Of a stretch of 64,000 nucleotides of DNA, positions 9,485 through 19,166 are shown piece after piece (positions within the stretch are counted from its first letter, which is position 1; each line of letters starts with the position of its first letter). The position numbers and the translations under genes are program-made. The notes under the pieces were generated by a model that had not been told where the DNA came from, did not search any database, and saw only the letters and a program-made list of their open reading frames with translations. This DNA is from an uncultured Planctomycetales bacterium (lineage in GTDB: Bacteria > Omnitrophota > Gorgyraeia > Gygaellales > Profunditerraquicolaceae): positions 223,194 through 287,193 of the forward strand of contig CAZYCL010000001.1 of NCBI GenBank assembly GCA_964645795.1, read 5' to 3'.

Positions 9485-10526
9485 GACCGGAAAACTGCCT
9501 GCGAATGTTCTCCTTAAAGGGCGGCTTGATTATTCCTTTTTGCGTGATTATCGCGGTGATGAGCGCGGCGGGCGTAACGTCAAAAGCGGGATTGTAAAAG
9601 TTGATGCCTTTGGCAGCTATTGGTTTCTTAAAGTAAAGCTCCGTCAGCTCCTGGGGATCGCGCTCTTCTATCGGTATATCCCTGCCGCTTCTTATGCTAA
9701 GATCGAACGTCGATAGCGGTGCGGCGATGTAAAAAGGTATTTTATGAAAAGATGCCAGCACCGCCAGGTTGTACGTGCCGATTTTGTTGGCCGTATCGCC
9801 GTTTGAGGCGATTCGGTCGGCCCCGGCGATAACCTTATCAACTTTGCCCTGCTGCATGAGGGTAGCGGCCATGTTATCGCAGATCATGGTGACGTTGATG
9901 CCCTTTTGCCTTAACTCCCAGGTGGTAAGCCTTGCCCCCTGCAGGACCGGCCTTGTTTCACAGGAGTAGACTTTGACGTTCTTGCCTTCTTCCTTGGCGC
10001 GATAGACCACGCCTAAGGCAGTCCCGTAGTCGATCGTCGCCAGTATCCCGGTATTGCAAACGGTAAGTATGCTGTCATTGTCCTTGATGAGCCTGTCCCC
10101 GTGATAACCGATGCGCCGGCAGATAACCTTGTCCTCTTCGATTATCGCCTTTGCCTCATCCAAAATGAGCCTCTTTAATCTTGGAACATCTTTATCCTTA
10201 TTCTTTAACGCCAGGCGGCAGATCCTCTCAATAGCCCAAAAAAGGTTCCTGGCCGTGGGACGGGAGCTGGCGATGTATCTGGCCGACCTGTCAAGGTCAC
10301 GGCTAAAAGATTCAAAATCCCTGGCCCGGGAGCCCATTACGCCCAAATACATCCCTAACGCAGCGGCTGCCCCCAGGGCAGGCGCGCCTCTTACCTGCAG
10401 GGTCTTGATCGCCCTCCACATTGTCTTGATATCTTTGGCATAAATGTACTCAAGCCTGTCCGGCAGCCTAGTCTGATCGATAAGTTTGGCGGCTTCGTTA
10501 ACCCATTCTATCGTCTGTAAACTCAT
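9468..10526 (-). CDS. mtnA: eIF-2B alpha/beta/delta-like family protein, probably S-methyl-5-thioribose-1-phosphate isomerase
   Basis: 352 aa; N-terminal region ...LQVRGAPALGAAAA... is characteristic of MtnA/eIF2B-like isomerases. Confidence 0.6.
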   Translation of the reverse strand: MSLQTIEWVNEAAKLIDQTRLPDRLEYIYAKDIKTMWRAIKTLQVRGAPALGAAAALGMYLGVMGSRARDFESFSRDLDRSARYIASSRPTARNLFWAIERICRLALKNKDKDVPRLKRLILDEAKAIIEEDKVICRRIGYHGDRLIKDNDSILTVCNTGILATIDYGTALGVVYRAKEEGKNVKVYSCETRPVLQGARLTTWELRQKGINVTMICDNMAATLMQQGKVDKVIAGADRIASNGDTANKIGTYNLAVLASFHKIPFYIAAPLSTFDLSIRSGRDIPIEERDPQELTELYFKKPIAAKGINFYNPAFDVTPAALITAIITQKGIIKPPFKENIRRQFSGHDADK

Positions 10527-10535
10527 GGTTCCTCC

Positions 10536-11660
10536 TTACAATCCCAAAATCCTTGCCATCAGGCTTTTTTCGGCTTTTATCGCCGCGGCAGGGCAAACCT
10601 CCTGACAACAAAAACAGGATATACAACCGCGATGATCTATTTCGACTTTGTCTTTGATCGAGATCACTTTTTGAGGGCAGATCTTGGCGCAGGAGGCGCA
10701 GCGCACGCACTTATCGTGGAGCACTTTCGGCCGTATCCTGATAAGGAATCTCAGAAGCTTAGGCGCGAAAACCGGAAGTTTGGTGACGATGGAGCCGCAG
10801 GGAAGAAGGAAGTTGCGCGCGATGACCTTGGATAAAGGCTCGCCCAAAAGCTCTATCTCTTCAAGGTTAGAAACCCCCAGGCCTTTGCCGGTAGCCTCTT
10901 GAATGAAAAATACGTCTTGCGGCTTTACTCCCATTATTGAAAGAAGCACGCTGTCCACGGCAACGCAATCATTGCCCGAGACAACAAGCCCCATCTGCCT
11001 TAACTTTCCGCTCGAGGCCGGGCCGTCACCTTCCATGGCCACTATACCGTCTACGATACTCAGCGCCGGACGCACGCATTCATGGATATCCGCGAGGATC
11101 TTGGCAAACTCTTCTGGCCTGAAGTAAAGCTTGTGGAGCTCGGCTTTATAAGTACCGCTGACAAATCCGTAGAGGTTCTTTACCGCCCCTGTAAGCGTCG
11201 TAAGCTGATGCGTTTTGAACTTCGGCACGTTAATGATCGCGTCTGCTTCATCCACCCAGCTGAAAAGAGGGAACTTGCCCTTCCAGGAGCGCTTCTCAAA
11301 CTTTATAAGCTCCACCCCCTCCCCGGCGCATACCTGTTTTATCCCGGTCTTGGCGTAGGCGTTATCGACATTATCCTGATTATGATTCCAGGTGCTCGGT
11401 TCATCTCCCACCAGGATCCGGCAGCCGGCGTCCTTTAGCAGCCTTATCACGGAACGCAGCACTTCCGGATGAGTAGTGATCCCCTCCTCTGGAGCCGCAG
11501 CCATAAGCATATTCGGCTTTACCAGGACTTTTTGGCCGGACTTTACGAAATGATTTATCCCGCCCAGAAGCTCGACAGACCTCCTGACCGCTTTTTCTAC
11601 CTGCGGCTGCTCATACCCGGCGCACTTAACAATAGAAACCTTGGATGTTTTGACGGTCAT
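10536..11660 (-). CDS. DUF362 domain protein with a C-terminal 2x[4Fe-4S] ferredoxin domain
   Basis: The N-terminal ~300 aa look DUF362-like. The C-terminus carries two CxxCxxCxxxCP motifs (CVRCASCAKICP and CISCFCCQEVCP). Confidence 0.55.
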   Translation of the reverse strand: MTVKTSKVSIVKCAGYEQPQVEKAVRRSVELLGGINHFVKSGQKVLVKPNMLMAAAPEEGITTHPEVLRSVIRLLKDAGCRILVGDEPSTWNHNQDNVDNAYAKTGIKQVCAGEGVELIKFEKRSWKGKFPLFSWVDEADAIINVPKFKTHQLTTLTGAVKNLYGFVSGTYKAELHKLYFRPEEFAKILADIHECVRPALSIVDGIVAMEGDGPASSGKLRQMGLVVSGNDCVAVDSVLLSIMGVKPQDVFFIQEATGKGLGVSNLEEIELLGEPLSKVIARNFLLPCGSIVTKLPVFAPKLLRFLIRIRPKVLHDKCVRCASCAKICPQKVISIKDKVEIDHRGCISCFCCQEVCPAAAIKAEKSLMARILGL

Positions 11661-12424
11661 CTCGGTATGCCAAAGAAGCTTTTGGCGTTTGCGCTGGTAA
11701 TGGCGGACACCTCTTCGACGCTCATGCCTTTAATGCGCGATATCTCCTCGGCAACGTATCTGACCGAAAGCGGCTCATTCCTTCTACCCCTGTTTGCCTC
11801 GGCAGGCAGATATGGCGCATCGGTCTCCAGGAACACCCTCTCGATAGGGGCAGCCTTCACGGCCTGGCGCAGCTTCTCGGCTTTCTTGTAGGTGATGTTG
11901 CAGGTAAACGAGACGTAAAACCCCATGCCCAGGCACCTGCCCAGGAAATCCTCGTCGCCCGAAAAACAGTGGATGACCGCGCGCACCGGCATATGCTCTT
12001 TTAGCACGCTCAAAGTCTCATCCTCGGCCTGGCGGCTGTGTATGACAAGCGGCAGCCCTGCCTCTTTTGCCAGGCCGATAAGCGAGCTAAAAAGAGGCAG
12101 CTGGTTTTCCCGCAGGGAATAATTCCTGTAATAATCAAGCCCGGTCTCACCGATCGCCACAACCTTACTTTCGCACGCCAGCGCTTTTATTTCTTGCACC
12201 CCCGCACCCCGGGCTTTATCGGCATCGTGCGGATGTATCCCGACGGCAGCGTAGATGCGCTGGTGTTTTTGCGCCAAGGCCACGGATGCCTGCGAAGCCT
12301 TAAGGCTTGAGCCTACATTGATTATGTATTCGAGCCCTTGCGCCCAGGAGGAATCGATGAGCCGGTCTCTGTCGATGTCGAACTCCGGGAAATCCAGGTG
12401 GCAGTGCGTGTCGATGAACGTCAT
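11657..12424 (-). CDS. tatD: TatD family metal-dependent hydrolase/DNase
   Basis: N-terminal FIDTHCHLD motif; 255 aa; TIM-barrel metal hydrolase. Confidence 0.8.
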   Translation of the reverse strand: MTFIDTHCHLDFPEFDIDRDRLIDSSWAQGLEYIINVGSSLKASQASVALAQKHQRIYAAVGIHPHDADKARGAGVQEIKALACESKVVAIGETGLDYYRNYSLRENQLPLFSSLIGLAKEAGLPLVIHSRQAEDETLSVLKEHMPVRAVIHCFSGDEDFLGRCLGMGFYVSFTCNITYKKAEKLRQAVKAAPIERVFLETDAPYLPAEANRGRRNEPLSVRYVAEEISRIKGMSVEEVSAITSANAKSFFGIPR

Positions 12425-13221
12425 TTCCCCTGTTCTTTTTCCTTAAAAGCCACCTCGATCACGCCCCCGCTTTCCAGCTGGACCATGGCCGCGCGTTTAA
12501 ACACGTTAACGGAGAGCACCTTTCCTTTGCCCTGAGCAGTATTTACGTGCTCTCCTTCATGGGGCAGGCCTTTGGAGAGGATCTTATAAGTCTCGTATTC
12601 AAAAGAGAGACAGCACATCAGCCTTCCGCAGAGGCCCGAGATCTTGGGAGGGTTAAGAGGCAGGCCTTCTTCCTTGGCCATCTTGATGGTCACCGGTTCA
12701 AAGTCCTTAAGGAACCTCGTGCAGCACAGCTCCCTGCCGCAGGAGCCAAAACCGCCGAAAAGCCGCGCCTCATCGCGCACACCGATCTGGCGCAGCTCTA
12801 TGCGGGCCTTAAAGATCTTTGCCAGGTCCTTGACCAGGTTCCTGAAGTCTATCCGGCCGTTGGCGGTAAAGTAAAAAACGATCTTGGTGCGGTCAAAGGA
12901 ATACTCTGCCTGCACCAGTTTCATGTCCAGCTTATGCTCCTCGATCTTCTTCGTGCATGAAGAGAACGCCTCGCGGGCCTTTGTTCTGTTCTCTTCGATC
13001 TGCTTAAGGTCCTTTTCCCGCGCGACCCTCAAGAGCTTCTTCGGGGGCTCTTTCTTATCCACATCCGCAGGGGCAAGCCCTGAATTTACCACGGCCCCGT
13101 AGTCCGTGCCCCTGTCATGTTCGACGATCACGCAATCGCCTTCCTTGACCTCTATATTCTCGGACTGATAGAAGAACATCTGCCCGGAATCCCTCAGCCT
13201 TACCAAGACTAATCCTTGCAT
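12421..13221 (-). CDS. ricT: PSP1 C-terminal domain protein (RicT/YaaT-like)
   Basis: The PSP1 domain reads LVLVRLRD...DRGTDYGAVV. Cys-rich C-terminal part. It sits immediately downstream of holB, as in Bacillus. Confidence 0.6.
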   Translation of the reverse strand: MQGLVLVRLRDSGQMFFYQSENIEVKEGDCVIVEHDRGTDYGAVVNSGLAPADVDKKEPPKKLLRVAREKDLKQIEENRTKAREAFSSCTKKIEEHKLDMKLVQAEYSFDRTKIVFYFTANGRIDFRNLVKDLAKIFKARIELRQIGVRDEARLFGGFGSCGRELCCTRFLKDFEPVTIKMAKEEGLPLNPPKISGLCGRLMCCLSFEYETYKILSKGLPHEGEHVNTAQGKGKVLSVNVFKRAAMVQLESGGVIEVAFKEKEQGK

Positions 13222-14165
13222 AACTGGCTCTCCAGGTTGTTGAATAAAAGTTTAAGGTTTACGTTCTGTTCAAGATAGGCGGCGACCGAACTGATAAGGT
13301 CCATGATGCCGGCCAGCCTCGGATAAGAGTAGTCGCCGGCTGAAGCCGCCAGGTCGTCCTGACGGTCGATATTTATCAGTTCGCCGAGTGGCAAGCCGGC
13401 CTTAAGGCAATAAATATCCCTGAACCATGAGCCGAGGATCGCCAGCCACCCGCGCATCTGGTCCTTGCTTACTGCTGCAGAAGTAATAAGGTTCTTTTTG
13501 GCAAAAATAAACCTGTCGATAACGTCATTTTTGTTACGCAGTATCTGGCTGTCTTTAAGCCTTAAGGCCTGCCCCATCCTGCCTTCGCAAAAGAACGCCA
13601 GGAAGTGGGCAAGGCCTGCCTCCAGCCCGTGATCACAGCTTAATATCCCGCAAAGATCATCTCTGTCCAGCGCACAGAACCTTATCTGTTTGCACCGCGA
13701 AACCACGGTCTTAAGCAATAACGCCGGCTTATCCGTCACCAGGATTATCAGGCTGTGAGGCGGCGGCTCCTCAAGCACCTTTAATATGGCGTTGGCGGCT
13801 TCAAGGGTCAGCCTGTGGGCGTTATCGATGATAAAGACCTTTGTCAGCGCCTCATAAGCACGCAAGAATATCAATCGCTGCATTTCGCGGATGTCCTCGA
13901 TCTTTATATCGCTGTCCGCGCTTTCGATGATATGCAGATCCGGATGAGCGCGGTTTTTTATCTTCCTGCAGCTGGGACACTCTCCGCAGGCATCCAGATT
14001 TTTGACGCCGCAATTAAGGGCCGCTGCCAGATCCAATGCCGCGGTCTTCTTACCCACGCCCTCAGGCCCGCTGAACAGGTACCCGCCAAAAAGCTTGCCG
14101 CTTGCCATCGCCTGCTTAAGCGAATAAACAGCCTTATCCTGGCCCTTTATCAGGTCAAAAGACAT
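13209..14165 (-). CDS. holB: DNA polymerase III subunit delta-prime
   Basis: AAA+ Walker A motif GPEGVGKKT plus a zinc module CGECPSCRKI; 318 aa; directly downstream of tmk. Confidence 0.75.
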   Translation of the reverse strand: MSFDLIKGQDKAVYSLKQAMASGKLFGGYLFSGPEGVGKKTAALDLAAALNCGVKNLDACGECPSCRKIKNRAHPDLHIIESADSDIKIEDIREMQRLIFLRAYEALTKVFIIDNAHRLTLEAANAILKVLEEPPPHSLIILVTDKPALLLKTVVSRCKQIRFCALDRDDLCGILSCDHGLEAGLAHFLAFFCEGRMGQALRLKDSQILRNKNDVIDRFIFAKKNLITSAAVSKDQMRGWLAILGSWFRDIYCLKAGLPLGELINIDRQDDLAASAGDYSYPRLAGIMDLISSVAAYLEQNVNLKLLFNNLESQLCKD

Positions 14166-14769
14166 ATCGCTCTACCAGTTTTCGTATTGCCGCCTGGGTG
14201 GATTCTTTATCCGGCATTACTTTTACTAATTTTATCCTTTTAGGCTCTTGCCTTGCCAGACAAAGATAGCCATATCTGACCCTGCTATGATAGGCCAGCG
14301 ACCTCTTCTCTATCCGGTCCTCAACTGCGAGGCGATGTCGCAGGCCTTTTTTCACCGGCAGATCCAAAAACACCGTCAGATCCGGCTTAACACCTAAAGT
14401 AGCGACTTTCCCGACGTTTTTTATAAAAGCGATGTCCATGCCCAGGCCGTAGCCTTGATAAGCTACTGTGGAATCAAGGAACCTGTCGCAGATGACGGTG
14501 CGGCCCATTTCAAGCGCCGGTTTTATTACGTCGCTTACCACCTGGGCGCGCGATGCCATATAAAGGAACATCTCGCACTCACAACTCATTCCTTCGTTGG
14601 CCTGATCAAGGAGGATCCCCCTTATCTTTTCGCTGATCGCCACCCCTCCCGGCTCGCGAAGATATACTACCGGCCTGCCATTTTTCTTCAAATACTCATA
14701 AAGCATCCTTGACTGCGTGCTCTTGCCGCAGCCTTCGGAACCCTCGAATGTGATGAATTTGCCTTTCAT
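14155..14769 (-). CDS. tmk: thymidylate kinase
   Basis: The N-terminus FITFEGSEGCGKST and the motif YLREPGG are textbook Tmk. Confidence 0.85.
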   Translation of the reverse strand: MKGKFITFEGSEGCGKSTQSRMLYEYLKKNGRPVVYLREPGGVAISEKIRGILLDQANEGMSCECEMFLYMASRAQVVSDVIKPALEMGRTVICDRFLDSTVAYQGYGLGMDIAFIKNVGKVATLGVKPDLTVFLDLPVKKGLRHRLAVEDRIEKRSLAYHSRVRYGYLCLARQEPKRIKLVKVMPDKESTQAAIRKLVERYVF

Positions 14770-14864
14770 AATATCTATTGCTTGGCGGGTCCTGTCACGG
14801 AGCGCTTCTTGCGCTCACGCGCTGCGAAGCATCTCCGTGCCACCCGCCCACAAAATAATATCTC

Positions 14865-16295
14865 TTATTTTTCAGGCGGGATGGCCGATAGAGATGAACC
14901 GCCTCCGCTGTCGCTTACATAAAACTTGAATTCTTTTATCTTCGCTCTGATTTCGTCCGCTTCTTTAAATTTTTTATTGGCTCTTGCCTTATCTCTCTCT
15001 CTGCGTAAATCCTCAACTGATTCAGGTATATCCGTGATGGAAAGTTTTAATCCGAAAATATCCAAAGATGCCCTGAGCTTCTTTTCAACATACTTAAACG
15101 CATCTTCCTTGTCGCCGGATAAGAAGCTAAAACCTAAATCAAGCATCTCAAACAAACACGCCAACCCCTTAGGGGTGTTAAAATCATCGTCCATGACGGC
15201 GCAAAATTTCGTAAATATAGCGTCTACTTTAGAAATATCTTTCTCTGACCGGGGGGGGCCATTCTTGCCTTCCTGCAAAACCCAGCTGTTAGTTCTTTCA
15301 AAGAACTCGATAAAGCGCGCCTGCTGTTTTCCCGATTCTTCTATTTTCTCTTCATTGTAATCAATAGGATGCGAGTAATGAGCGGACAAAAAGAAAAGCT
15401 TTAAGAGATCGGCGTCCTTGTGTCTGGCGATGAAATCCTCGATGGTCACGAAGTTGCCCAGTGACTTGGACATCTTCTGGCCGTTTATGGTAAGCAGGCC
15501 ATGATGCATCCAGTAGCGGGCAAAGGGCTTTCCCGCCCCTTCGGACTGCGCGATCTCGTTCTCATGATGAGGGAATATAAGGTCCAGCCCTCCGCCGTGG
15601 ATATCGAATTCGTCGCCCAGGATATCCGAGCTCATTGCCGAGCACTCAATATGCCAACCGGGCCTGCCCCTTCCCCAGGGGCTCTCCCAGGAAGGCTCGC
15701 CTTCTTTTGCCGCCTTCCAGAGGGCAAAATCCAGGGGATTATTTTTCTTTTCTCCCGGCGCGATCCTTGCCCCTACCTCCATTTTATCCATGGATTGATG
15801 AGACAGCTTTCCGTAATCCTTGGCCTTGGTAATATCGAAATAAACATCTCCTTCTGAAGCGTAGGCCGCGTTCTTTTTTATCAGTCCTTCGATAAAAACG
15901 ATCATTTTCTCGATGTAGGCGCTGGCCCTGGGCTCATCGGTCACCTGGCCAATGCCTAACGCCTCCAAAGCCTGATGATACTGGTCCAGGTACTTCGATG
16001 ACACCTTTTCCACCGCCAGGTTCAGGTCCTCTCCGGCGAACTCCTTGACCGCTTTATCGATGATCTTGTCGTCCACATCGGTAACGTTCCTGACAAACCT
16101 GACCTTATAGCCCCTGAATTCCAGGTAGCGGCGGATGACATCAAAGATATAGGCGCTCCTGGCATGGCCTATATGCGGCTGGTCATACACGGTCGGACCG
16201 CAAACATACATCTTTACAGTTTTCGGGTCAAGAGGCAGAAAAAGCTGCTTTTTACGGGTAAGCGAATTATAGATGCTGATGGCAGGAGTATTCAT
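14865..16295 (-). CDS. cysS: cysteine--tRNA ligase
   Basis: Class I HIGH motif (PHIGHARS) and KMSKS motif; 476 aa. Confidence 0.9.
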   Translation of the reverse strand: MNTPAISIYNSLTRKKQLFLPLDPKTVKMYVCGPTVYDQPHIGHARSAYIFDVIRRYLEFRGYKVRFVRNVTDVDDKIIDKAVKEFAGEDLNLAVEKVSSKYLDQYHQALEALGIGQVTDEPRASAYIEKMIVFIEGLIKKNAAYASEGDVYFDITKAKDYGKLSHQSMDKMEVGARIAPGEKKNNPLDFALWKAAKEGEPSWESPWGRGRPGWHIECSAMSSDILGDEFDIHGGGLDLIFPHHENEIAQSEGAGKPFARYWMHHGLLTINGQKMSKSLGNFVTIEDFIARHKDADLLKLFFLSAHYSHPIDYNEEKIEESGKQQARFIEFFERTNSWVLQEGKNGPPRSEKDISKVDAIFTKFCAVMDDDFNTPKGLACLFEMLDLGFSFLSGDKEDAFKYVEKKLRASLDIFGLKLSITDIPESVEDLRRERDKARANKKFKEADEIRAKIKEFKFYVSDSGGGSSLSAIPPEK

Positions 16296-16312
16296 CTATA
16301 TAAATGAGCTAT

Positions 16313-16993
16313 TTATCTGTTTTCCAGTTTCTTGATCCGGCTTTCCAGCTCTTCGATGGACTGCATTATGGGGTCGAGCACATGGATATGGTCCAGGCTT
16401 ATCTCGATCTTCTTTCCGTCCTGCTTGGTGATCCTTCCCGGCACTCCCACGACCGTAGAATTAGCAGGCACATCTCTTATGACCACGGCATTGGCCCCGA
16501 TATATGAATTGTCCCCGACGTTGATATTGCCCAATACCTTTGCCCCGGCGCCGATGACCACGTTGTTGCCGATAGTCGGATGCCTCTTACCCTTCTCCAG
16601 GCCCGTGCCCCCGAGGGTCGCCCCCTGATACAGCAAAACGTCATCCCCGATCACCGCCGTCTCTCCCACCACTACCCCCATACCGTGGTCGATAAAAAGC
16701 CTTTGGCCGATCCTGGCCCCCGGATGTATCTCGATACCGGTAAAGAACCTGGCGACCTGGCTGATGAAACGGGCCGCCAGCACCAGACGCATACCGTAGC
16801 AGAAGTGCGCGATGCGGTAATATACCAACGCATGGAACCCCGGATAAAGCATGAGCACTTCCAGGAAACCCTTAGCCGCCGGGTCCCTCTTTTGCGCGGC
16901 CCGGATATCTTTGAAGAATATTACCGATATCAGGATGAGCTTGCTCAGGGCAAATATGAACAGGACCAAAAGTATCTTAAGAAACAACGTCAT
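16313..16993 (-). CDS. cysE: serine O-acetyltransferase
   Basis: Left-handed beta-helix hexapeptide repeats and a conserved ...[19 protein letters not shown]...TGIEIHPGA... core. It has an unusual hydrophobic N-terminal segment and a coiled-coil-like C-terminal tail. Confidence 0.7.
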   Translation of the reverse strand: MTLFLKILLVLFIFALSKLILISVIFFKDIRAAQKRDPAAKGFLEVLMLYPGFHALVYYRIAHFCYGMRLVLAARFISQVARFFTGIEIHPGARIGQRLFIDHGMGVVVGETAVIGDDVLLYQGATLGGTGLEKGKRHPTIGNNVVIGAGAKVLGNINVGDNSYIGANAVVIRDVPANSTVVGVPGRITKQDGKKIEISLDHIHVLDPIMQSIEELESRIKKLENR

Positions 16994-17484
16994 TAACCGG
17001 CCTCCTTCTCTAAAGACGCTACCGCCAAGGCCGCGATGGCCTCGCCGCGGCCAACTTCGCCCAAGCCTTCGTTGGTCTTGGCTTTGACCTCGACCTTCGA
17101 AGCTTCGATATTCAATATCCCGGCAATACGCGAAGCGATCTTCTTCTTCAAAAGGGAAAGATTGGGCTGCTCTGCTATAACGATGGCATCAAGATTGGCT
17201 ATGCTCAGGCCCTTTTGCTTGAGCAGCGCGCCGATCTTTTCCAGTATTAGGCAACTGGAGAGATCCTTGTTTGCCGGGTCGGTATCGGGAAAATGTTCGC
17301 CTATATCGCCCAACGCCGCCGCCCCCAACAGGGAATCGCTTATCGCATGCAAGAGCACATCGGCATCCGAGTGGCCCAGGAGGCCTTTATCGAAAGGGAC
17401 CTCCACCCCGCCCAAAAACAGCCTGCGGCCCTGGACCAGACGATGAATATCGTAACCTATGCCTATCCTGTTGCCCATGATCAT
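16993..17484 (-). CDS. ispF: 2-C-methyl-D-erythritol 2,4-cyclodiphosphate synthase
   Basis: [10 protein letters not shown]...GHSDADV motifs; 163 aa. Confidence 0.85.
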   Translation of the reverse strand: MIMGNRIGIGYDIHRLVQGRRLFLGGVEVPFDKGLLGHSDADVLLHAISDSLLGAAALGDIGEHFPDTDPANKDLSSCLILEKIGALLKQKGLSIANLDAIVIAEQPNLSLLKKKIASRIAGILNIEASKVEVKAKTNEGLGEVGRGEAIAALAVASLEKEAG

Positions 17485-17485
17485 T

Positions 17486-18175
17486 TTAAGGTTTTTGCCG
17501 CCTTAAGCCCCTGAGTATCGAATTGGCGACTGCAATATCTTCCGGAGTAGTTATCTTGATATTGTCGTAAGAACCCCTGACTATGCCGACCCTCGCGCCT
17601 ATCTTCTCCACCAAAGAAGCGTCATCCGTGACGTTATGCTTGCTGAATTTCTTGAATGCCCTGAGGAGCAGCTCTTTCCTGAACGCCTGCGGCGTCTGGA
17701 CTTCCAGGAGGCAGCTGCGGTCCAGCGTCTTCTCTATGATGCCGCCCTTAACCTGTTTTATCGTAGCCTTCGGCTCCACTGCGACGACACAGGCGCCCAA
17801 GGTCAAGGCCTTGGCCACTGCCCGTTTTATCATCTGATCGCAAACAAAAGGCCTTGCGCAATCATGGATAACAACGATACGCGCCTGCCTGCGGATTTTT
17901 TGAAGCCCGTTAAACACCGAATCCTGGCGCCTTGCCCCGCCGAGCACAATGGCAGAGACTTTCGTGAAACGACAACTCCTTACGATGCCGCGGATCTCTG
18001 AAATATTCTGCCGGCTGGCAACGATGACGATCTCATTTACCGGCCGGCAATGCTGGAACCTCTCGAGAGAATAACGGATCAACGGTTTTCTGCCCAGGAT
18101 ATAAAGAGGCTTGGGTACCTTTGCGCCGAATCTCTTGCCCTTTCCCGCAGCCAAAAGCACAACTGATACCCACAT
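17486..18175 (-). CDS. ispD: 2-C-methyl-D-erythritol 4-phosphate cytidylyltransferase
   Basis: N-terminal VLLAAGKGKRFG nucleotidyltransferase motif; 229 aa; adjacent to ispF. Confidence 0.8.
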   Translation of the reverse strand: MWVSVVLLAAGKGKRFGAKVPKPLYILGRKPLIRYSLERFQHCRPVNEIVIVASRQNISEIRGIVRSCRFTKVSAIVLGGARRQDSVFNGLQKIRRQARIVVIHDCARPFVCDQMIKRAVAKALTLGACVVAVEPKATIKQVKGGIIEKTLDRSCLLEVQTPQAFRKELLLRAFKKFSKHNVTDDASLVEKIGARVGIVRGSYDNIKITTPEDIAVANSILRGLRRQKP

Positions 18176-18178
18176 CTC

Positions 18179-19162
18179 TTACCTGCTGATCTTGGTAAAG
18201 ATCATTCTGCCGGCCTGAGTCTGAAGGGCCGAAGTTACCACGACCCTGACTTCCTGGCCGATAAGCCTGCGCCCTTCCTCCACCACCACCATCGTTCCGT
18301 CTTCGAGGTAGCCGACGCCCTGGTTGTGCTCCTTGCCTTCCTTGATCAATTTTATGGTCATCTCTTCCCCCGGGAAGACCACGGGCTTTATGGCATTGGC
18401 CAGCTCGTTGATATTGAGGACCTTGATGCCCTGGATGCTGGCAACCCGGTTAAGGTTGAAGTCAACGGTAAGGATCTTGGCCTCCAGGAGCTTGGCAAGC
18501 TTGACCAGCTTTGCGTCGACCTCCTTGGTCTCGACAAAATCCTCTTCGTTGATATTTATGTCCAGGCCCGACTCCTTCTGTATCGTATGCAGTATCTCCA
18601 GGCCCCGCCTTCCCCTCTGGCGCTTTATGGGATCGGTGGAATCGGCTATCTGCTGCAATTCCTTGAGCACGAACTTCGGGATCACTAGCTTGCTTTCAAT
18701 GAACTTCGTGCGCAGTATATCGACGATCCTGCCGTCGATGATAACGCTGGTATCCAGGACCGCGACCTCTTCGGATTGACCCTGCTTTTTCAGGCGCACA
18801 TAAGGGATGATCACGTTGAACTCATCCCTGCCGCGCACGGCCATGACCATGCCCAGGTAGCAAAAAATAAGTATCGTGCTGATCTTGATCACCGACAGAT
18901 GCTCAGTTGCCAGCGGCAAGAAATTAAAGATGTCGCCTACCAGCCTTCCTACGATAAGGCCAAAGATCAGGCCGAACAGAGAGCTTGAAAAGCCCCTGAA
19001 CGATGCCTTGCGCAGCCCCGCTTCGATGATGATCACCCAAAGCGCGCTGAAGGCGCCTATGGCCATGCCGATAATAGGATGGACGCCGAGGACAGAAGTA
19101 GTATATCCAATAAAAACACATCCGATACCGAAAAGAAGACGAGCTAATAAAAGGTTGTTCAT
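18179..19162 (-). CDS. yacL: membrane-anchored PIN plus TRAM domain protein (YacL-like)
   Basis: N-terminal TM helices, a central PIN-like region ([12 protein letters not shown]) and a C-terminal TRAM-like beta domain. It sits between radA and ispD, as in Bacillus. Confidence 0.55.
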   Translation of the reverse strand: MNNLLLARLLFGIGCVFIGYTTSVLGVHPIIGMAIGAFSALWVIIIEAGLRKASFRGFSSSLFGLIFGLIVGRLVGDIFNFLPLATEHLSVIKISTILIFCYLGMVMAVRGRDEFNVIIPYVRLKKQGQSEEVAVLDTSVIIDGRIVDILRTKFIESKLVIPKFVLKELQQIADSTDPIKRQRGRRGLEILHTIQKESGLDININEEDFVETKEVDAKLVKLAKLLEAKILTVDFNLNRVASIQGIKVLNINELANAIKPVVFPGEEMTIKLIKEGKEHNQGVGYLEDGTMVVVEEGRRLIGQEVRVVVTSALQTQAGRMIFTKISR

Positions 19163-19166
19163 GCGA

